From a virus (Duplodnaviria > Caudoviricetes): DNA of 64,000 nt. Of the stretch, positions 61,394 to 64,000 are shown one piece after another. The notes under the pieces were generated by a model, which searched no databases, was not told the origin of the DNA, and saw only the letters and a program-made list of their open reading frames with translations. A program made the position numbers and the translations under genes. The DNA lies in IMG/VR virus record IMGVR_UViG_2974689092_000001, positions 5,449 through 69,448 of that record. The stretch is one strand, 5' to 3'. Position 1 is the stretch's first letter. Each line of letters begins with the position of its first letter.

Positions 61394-61810
61394 TCACCGG
61401 CCCAGGCCCATCGCACGCACCTCGCGGTCCAGGCAGTTCCGGGCCAGCTCGCGCTGCCAGGGCGGTAACGGCTCCAGGTGGGCCAACAGCGCCTCGATGC
61501 CCTCGGCCCGGCGCTTGGCTGCCAGGGCGGCGAGATCGCCAGCCAGGCGCTCATACAGCGCCGAACGCGCCACCTCGGTGCGCGACGGCCCCATCAGCGC
61601 CGCCAGCTCCCCGGGTGCCCAGCCGCTCCAGGACCGCACGCGCGCCGCGCGGAGCTTGTGCCGCCATGCCCAGCGCCGCTCCCTGGCCAGCCACAGCATC
61701 CGGTGGTGCTGGTGACACTTCCAGATACCGGCATCGCACAGCGCCTCGCGCGGGTGCGTGGCCCAGAACCACCAGGCGCGGGCGCGCCAGCCGAGATCGG
61801 TGAGCGTCAT
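61394..61810 (-). CDS. Hypothetical Trp/Arg-rich protein
   Basis: ATGA-coupled. Confidence 0.5.
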   Translation of the reverse strand: MTLTDLGWRARAWWFWATHPREALCDAGIWKCHQHHRMLWLARERRWAWRHKLRAARVRSWSGWAPGELAALMGPSRTEVARSALYERLAGDLAALAAKRRAEGIEALLAHLEPLPPWQRELARNCLDREVRAMGLGR

Positions 61811-62160
61811 GGCACCAGCACCTCGAACTCGTGGCGGTCCAGGCACAGGCGCTTGCCGCGCGCGAACCGGATGCAGTAGAGGGGGTGGTGCGTGCCGTTC
61901 ATGATCGCGCTCACCTGGCCGCGTCGTCCGGTGGCGGTGACCACCACGATGTCGCCGACGACCGGCCCGACCGTGGCCTCCTGGCCCGCGATCCGCTCCA
62001 GGGCGGCGTCCCCGCAGTCCGACTGGGCATCGGCCTTGGTCGCGTGGACCGTGCGGAAGCCAGGGCCGGAGGCTGCCCAACCGTGCCGACCCAGGTTCTC
62101 GACCACGTAGGGTCCGGCCTCGTAGCGCCCGCCGTCGGCGGTGGGCCTGGTCCACTTCAT
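61807..62160 (-). CDS. Hypothetical protein (possible SH3/KOW-like C-terminus)
   Basis: 'VGDIVVVTATGRRGQVSAI...YCIRF'. Confidence 0.55.
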   Translation of the reverse strand: MKWTRPTADGGRYEAGPYVVENLGRHGWAASGPGFRTVHATKADAQSDCGDAALERIAGQEATVGPVVGDIVVVTATGRRGQVSAIMNGTHHPLYCIRFARGKRLCLDRHEFEVLVP

Positions 62161-62387
62161 CGCGCCACCCCCATCCGCCGTGATTGCTGCCGGTAGTACA
62201 CCGCGATCTCGCGGCGCAACTCGGCGATGGGCGCGTGCAGTTCGTCGGCGGCGAGGTGGTGCCCCGACTCGCGCAAGATCGCGCGAGCCGTCTCCAACGT
62301 GTCGAGCGTGCGGGCGGCACGATCCGCCCCCGTGCGCGACGTGACCTGTTTGCGGGTGTCGATCACCCGGCTGGCCGTGATGGACAT
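62157..62387 (-). CDS. Hypothetical protein
   Basis: SD GAGGAG. Confidence 0.55.
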   Translation of the reverse strand: MSITASRVIDTRKQVTSRTGADRAARTLDTLETARAILRESGHHLAADELHAPIAELRREIAVYYRQQSRRMGVAR

Positions 62388-62388
62388 G

Positions 62389-62589
62389 TCAGAACTCCTC
62401 GTTGTGATTGTGGGTGATGAGCAGGCGGGAGACGCCGACCGGGAGGGCGGCGGAACCACCGCAACCGCACAGGCGGCGGGCGGCGACGATGCGCGACGGG
62501 CAGCAGGCGTTGGCCTGGAACTCGGCCCACCACTGCTCGGCGGTCAGGGCCTCGTCGAACACCTGGCCGAGGTTGGCCGGGGCGCTCAC
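62389..62589 (-). CDS. Small Cys-containing protein
   Basis: 'ACCPSRIVAARRLCGCGG'. Confidence 0.5.
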   Translation of the reverse strand: MSAPANLGQVFDEALTAEQWWAEFQANACCPSRIVAARRLCGCGGSAALPVGVSRLLITHNHNEEF

Positions 62590-62744
62590 TTGAACACCGC
62601 CTGGGGGAACCCGGCGCGCCCGCCGAGCGCCTCGACCTCGCGCATGAACGCCCACGCGCGGTCGCGGTCGGTGATCTCGGTCGTCACGACCGAGCCGTCA
62701 CCGCTGGTGTGGGCCACGGTGTAGTGGCTGATGGTGCGAGGCAT
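62586..62744 (-). CDS. Small hypothetical protein
   Basis: SD AAAGGAGG. Confidence 0.6.
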   Translation of the reverse strand: MPRTISHYTVAHTSGDGSVVTTEITDRDRAWAFMREVEALGGRAGFPQAVFK

Positions 62745-62759
62745 GGCTGCCTCCTTTCC

Positions 62760-62776
62760 GGCGGGTCGGTCCCGCC
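62760..62776 (-). repeat. GGCGGG-N5-CCCGCC palindrome without its own promoter
   Basis: Sits directly upstream of the SD of 62744, inside an operon. Confidence 0.75.
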
Positions 62777-62788
62777 TGTCGGGGTGGG

Positions 62789-62977
62789 TCAAACGGTGGG
62801 GCGCACGCGCACCAGGGCGGTGGCACCGTCGGGACGGTCGAACACCTTGGCACCGCAGACATCGGTGATGAACTGGAAGCCCTCGGCTTCGATGTGCCGC
62901 ACGACCTCGCCGATCTCCTGGGTGACCAGGACGATGCGGTCGGGCTGGCCCGGGTGGGTTTCGTTGACGACGTACAT
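62789..62977 (-). CDS. Small hypothetical protein
   Basis: SD GAAGGAG behind a class I promoter. Confidence 0.6.
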   Translation of the reverse strand: MYVVNETHPGQPDRIVLVTQEIGEVVRHIEAEGFQFITDVCGAKVFDRPDGATALVRVRPTV

Positions 62978-62991
62978 GGTGCTCCTTCCTC

Positions 62992-63052
62992 GGCGGGTCG
63001 GTCCCGCCTGCCTGACAACCACGAAGTTACCCGACTTCGGTGGGATTGTCTC
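62992..63052 (-). promoter_or_regulatory. Class I promoter/operator unit
   Basis: GAGACA-N17-TAACTT plus GGCGGG-N5-CCCGCC. Confidence 0.75.
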
Positions 63053-63103
63053 GCGCTTGGCCGGGGCTGGTGCCCGGGCCGGTCTCCCGGCCCGGGCGGG
63101 CGC

Positions 63104-63841
63104 TCACGTCCAGAGGCCAACGGCCCGGGCGGCGCGCCCCTTGGTGCTGTTGCGCCACACCAGCTTCCCGCTCACCGTGTCCAGGCGGGCCTGGGGCTTA
63201 CCCTCGACGCGCACCAGGTTCATCTCCGCGACCGGAGCCTCGACCTTGGCCGGGGCCGGGGCCGGGGCCAGGAACCCCAGGTTGGCGGCGATGGCGGCGG
63301 GCACCTCGGTGACCACCGGAGCCGGGGCCAGCAGGTCGGCCACCGCCTGCTCGGCAGCGGCGCGGCTGTCCACCTCGGCCAGGGTGATCCACCCGGCGGG
63401 AGCCTTGCGCTGGGCCAGCCAGGCGTCGGCGGTCTTGCGCACCCGGTAGAGGGTGTCGCCGACGGTGGCGCGGTACTCGCCGCCCTTGTGGCTCTTGAAC
63501 ACCGGGGCCTCGGTGGCCTCGGCGGCGGTGGCCTTCTTGCCCGCGCGCTTGGCGGCGACCAGCTCGGCGAACGCCTCGGCGGGGATGTCGCCCCAGCCGT
63601 CCACCTCGGGGGTCCAGTCGCCCAGGTTGCCGTTGATGGCGGTCGGGGTGACCGGCACCACGTCGGCGGGGACGCCGGTCGAGTAGGTCTGAACCCGGCT
63701 GACCGCTGCCTTGTGGGCGGCGGCGAAGCTCTTGTGCCACTGGACCTGGGAGCCGACGGTCACCGCGACGTAGGGCATGGTGCCCGAGGTGCGGGTGAAG
63801 GTTTCGCCGTTGTGGGTGGCGGTGAAGGTGACGGTGGCCAT
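63104..63841 (-). CDS. Hypothetical protein
   Basis: SD AGGAGG; Ala/Pro-rich linker. Confidence 0.65.
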   Translation of the reverse strand: MATVTFTATHNGETFTRTSGTMPYVAVTVGSQVQWHKSFAAAHKAAVSRVQTYSTGVPADVVPVTPTAINGNLGDWTPEVDGWGDIPAEAFAELVAAKRAGKKATAAEATEAPVFKSHKGGEYRATVGDTLYRVRKTADAWLAQRKAPAGWITLAEVDSRAAAEQAVADLLAPAPVVTEVPAAIAANLGFLAPAPAPAKVEAPVAEMNLVRVEGKPQARLDTVSGKLVWRNSTKGRAARAVGLWT

Positions 63842-63861
63842 TGTGGTCCTCCTGTGTTGGC

Positions 63862-63918
63862 GGCGGGCCTGTCCCGCCTGACACCAACGAAGTTACCCGT
63901 CGAAGTCGGGAATGTCTC
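63862..63918 (-). promoter_or_regulatory. Class I promoter/operator unit
   Basis: GAGACA-N17 (TTCCCGACTTCGACGGG)-TAACTT plus GGCGGG-N5-CCCGCC. Confidence 0.75.
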
Positions 63919-64000
63919 GTCGAACGTCGATAGGGTGTGCGCCCTATTCGACCGCCGATTTTCGCGCACCTCTCGGTTGGTCCCCGGTGTCCGGCTCCGG

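Overview
The window holds most of a GC-rich (about 68-70% by eye), lytic siphovirus genome. The host is most likely Mycobacterium, inferred from a Lysin B cutinase-like esterase and an Rpf domain in the tape measure. The gene order matches cluster B-type mycobacteriophages (inference from synteny, not a database hit). The rightward left arm runs: terminase large subunit (5' part outside the window), portal, MuF/protease fusion, two capsid proteins, membrane/holin-like genes, major tail, neck genes, tape measure, minor tails, Lysin A and Lysin B. A leftward arm carries SSB-like, NUMOD4-HNH, PD-(D/E)XK exonuclease, helicase, primase-helicase and DNA polymerase A genes. A rightward island at 51.3-56.0 kb is followed by a leftward run of small early genes. 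I saw no integrase, tRNA, CRISPR array, reverse transcriptase or intein. The strongest unexplained signals are these. (1) A repeated promoter/operator unit at 9 sites: -35, a self-complementary spacer, TAA(C/G)TT, then GGCGGG-N5-CCCGCC. (2) A co-oriented island with a TerS-like protein, a papain-family cysteine protease and two paralogous protamine-like Arg-rich proteins, one too short for the ORF track. (3) Two paralogous tail-assembly-chaperone genes 16 kb apart, with only the displaced copy carrying a candidate -1 frameshift. (4) A long stem plus a uORF between the two capsid genes. (5) At least 14 TANNNT-N6/7-start leaderless promoters. (6) Three unrelated exported proteins among the early genes. 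All functional calls come from motif recognition by eye and need HMM or structure confirmation.
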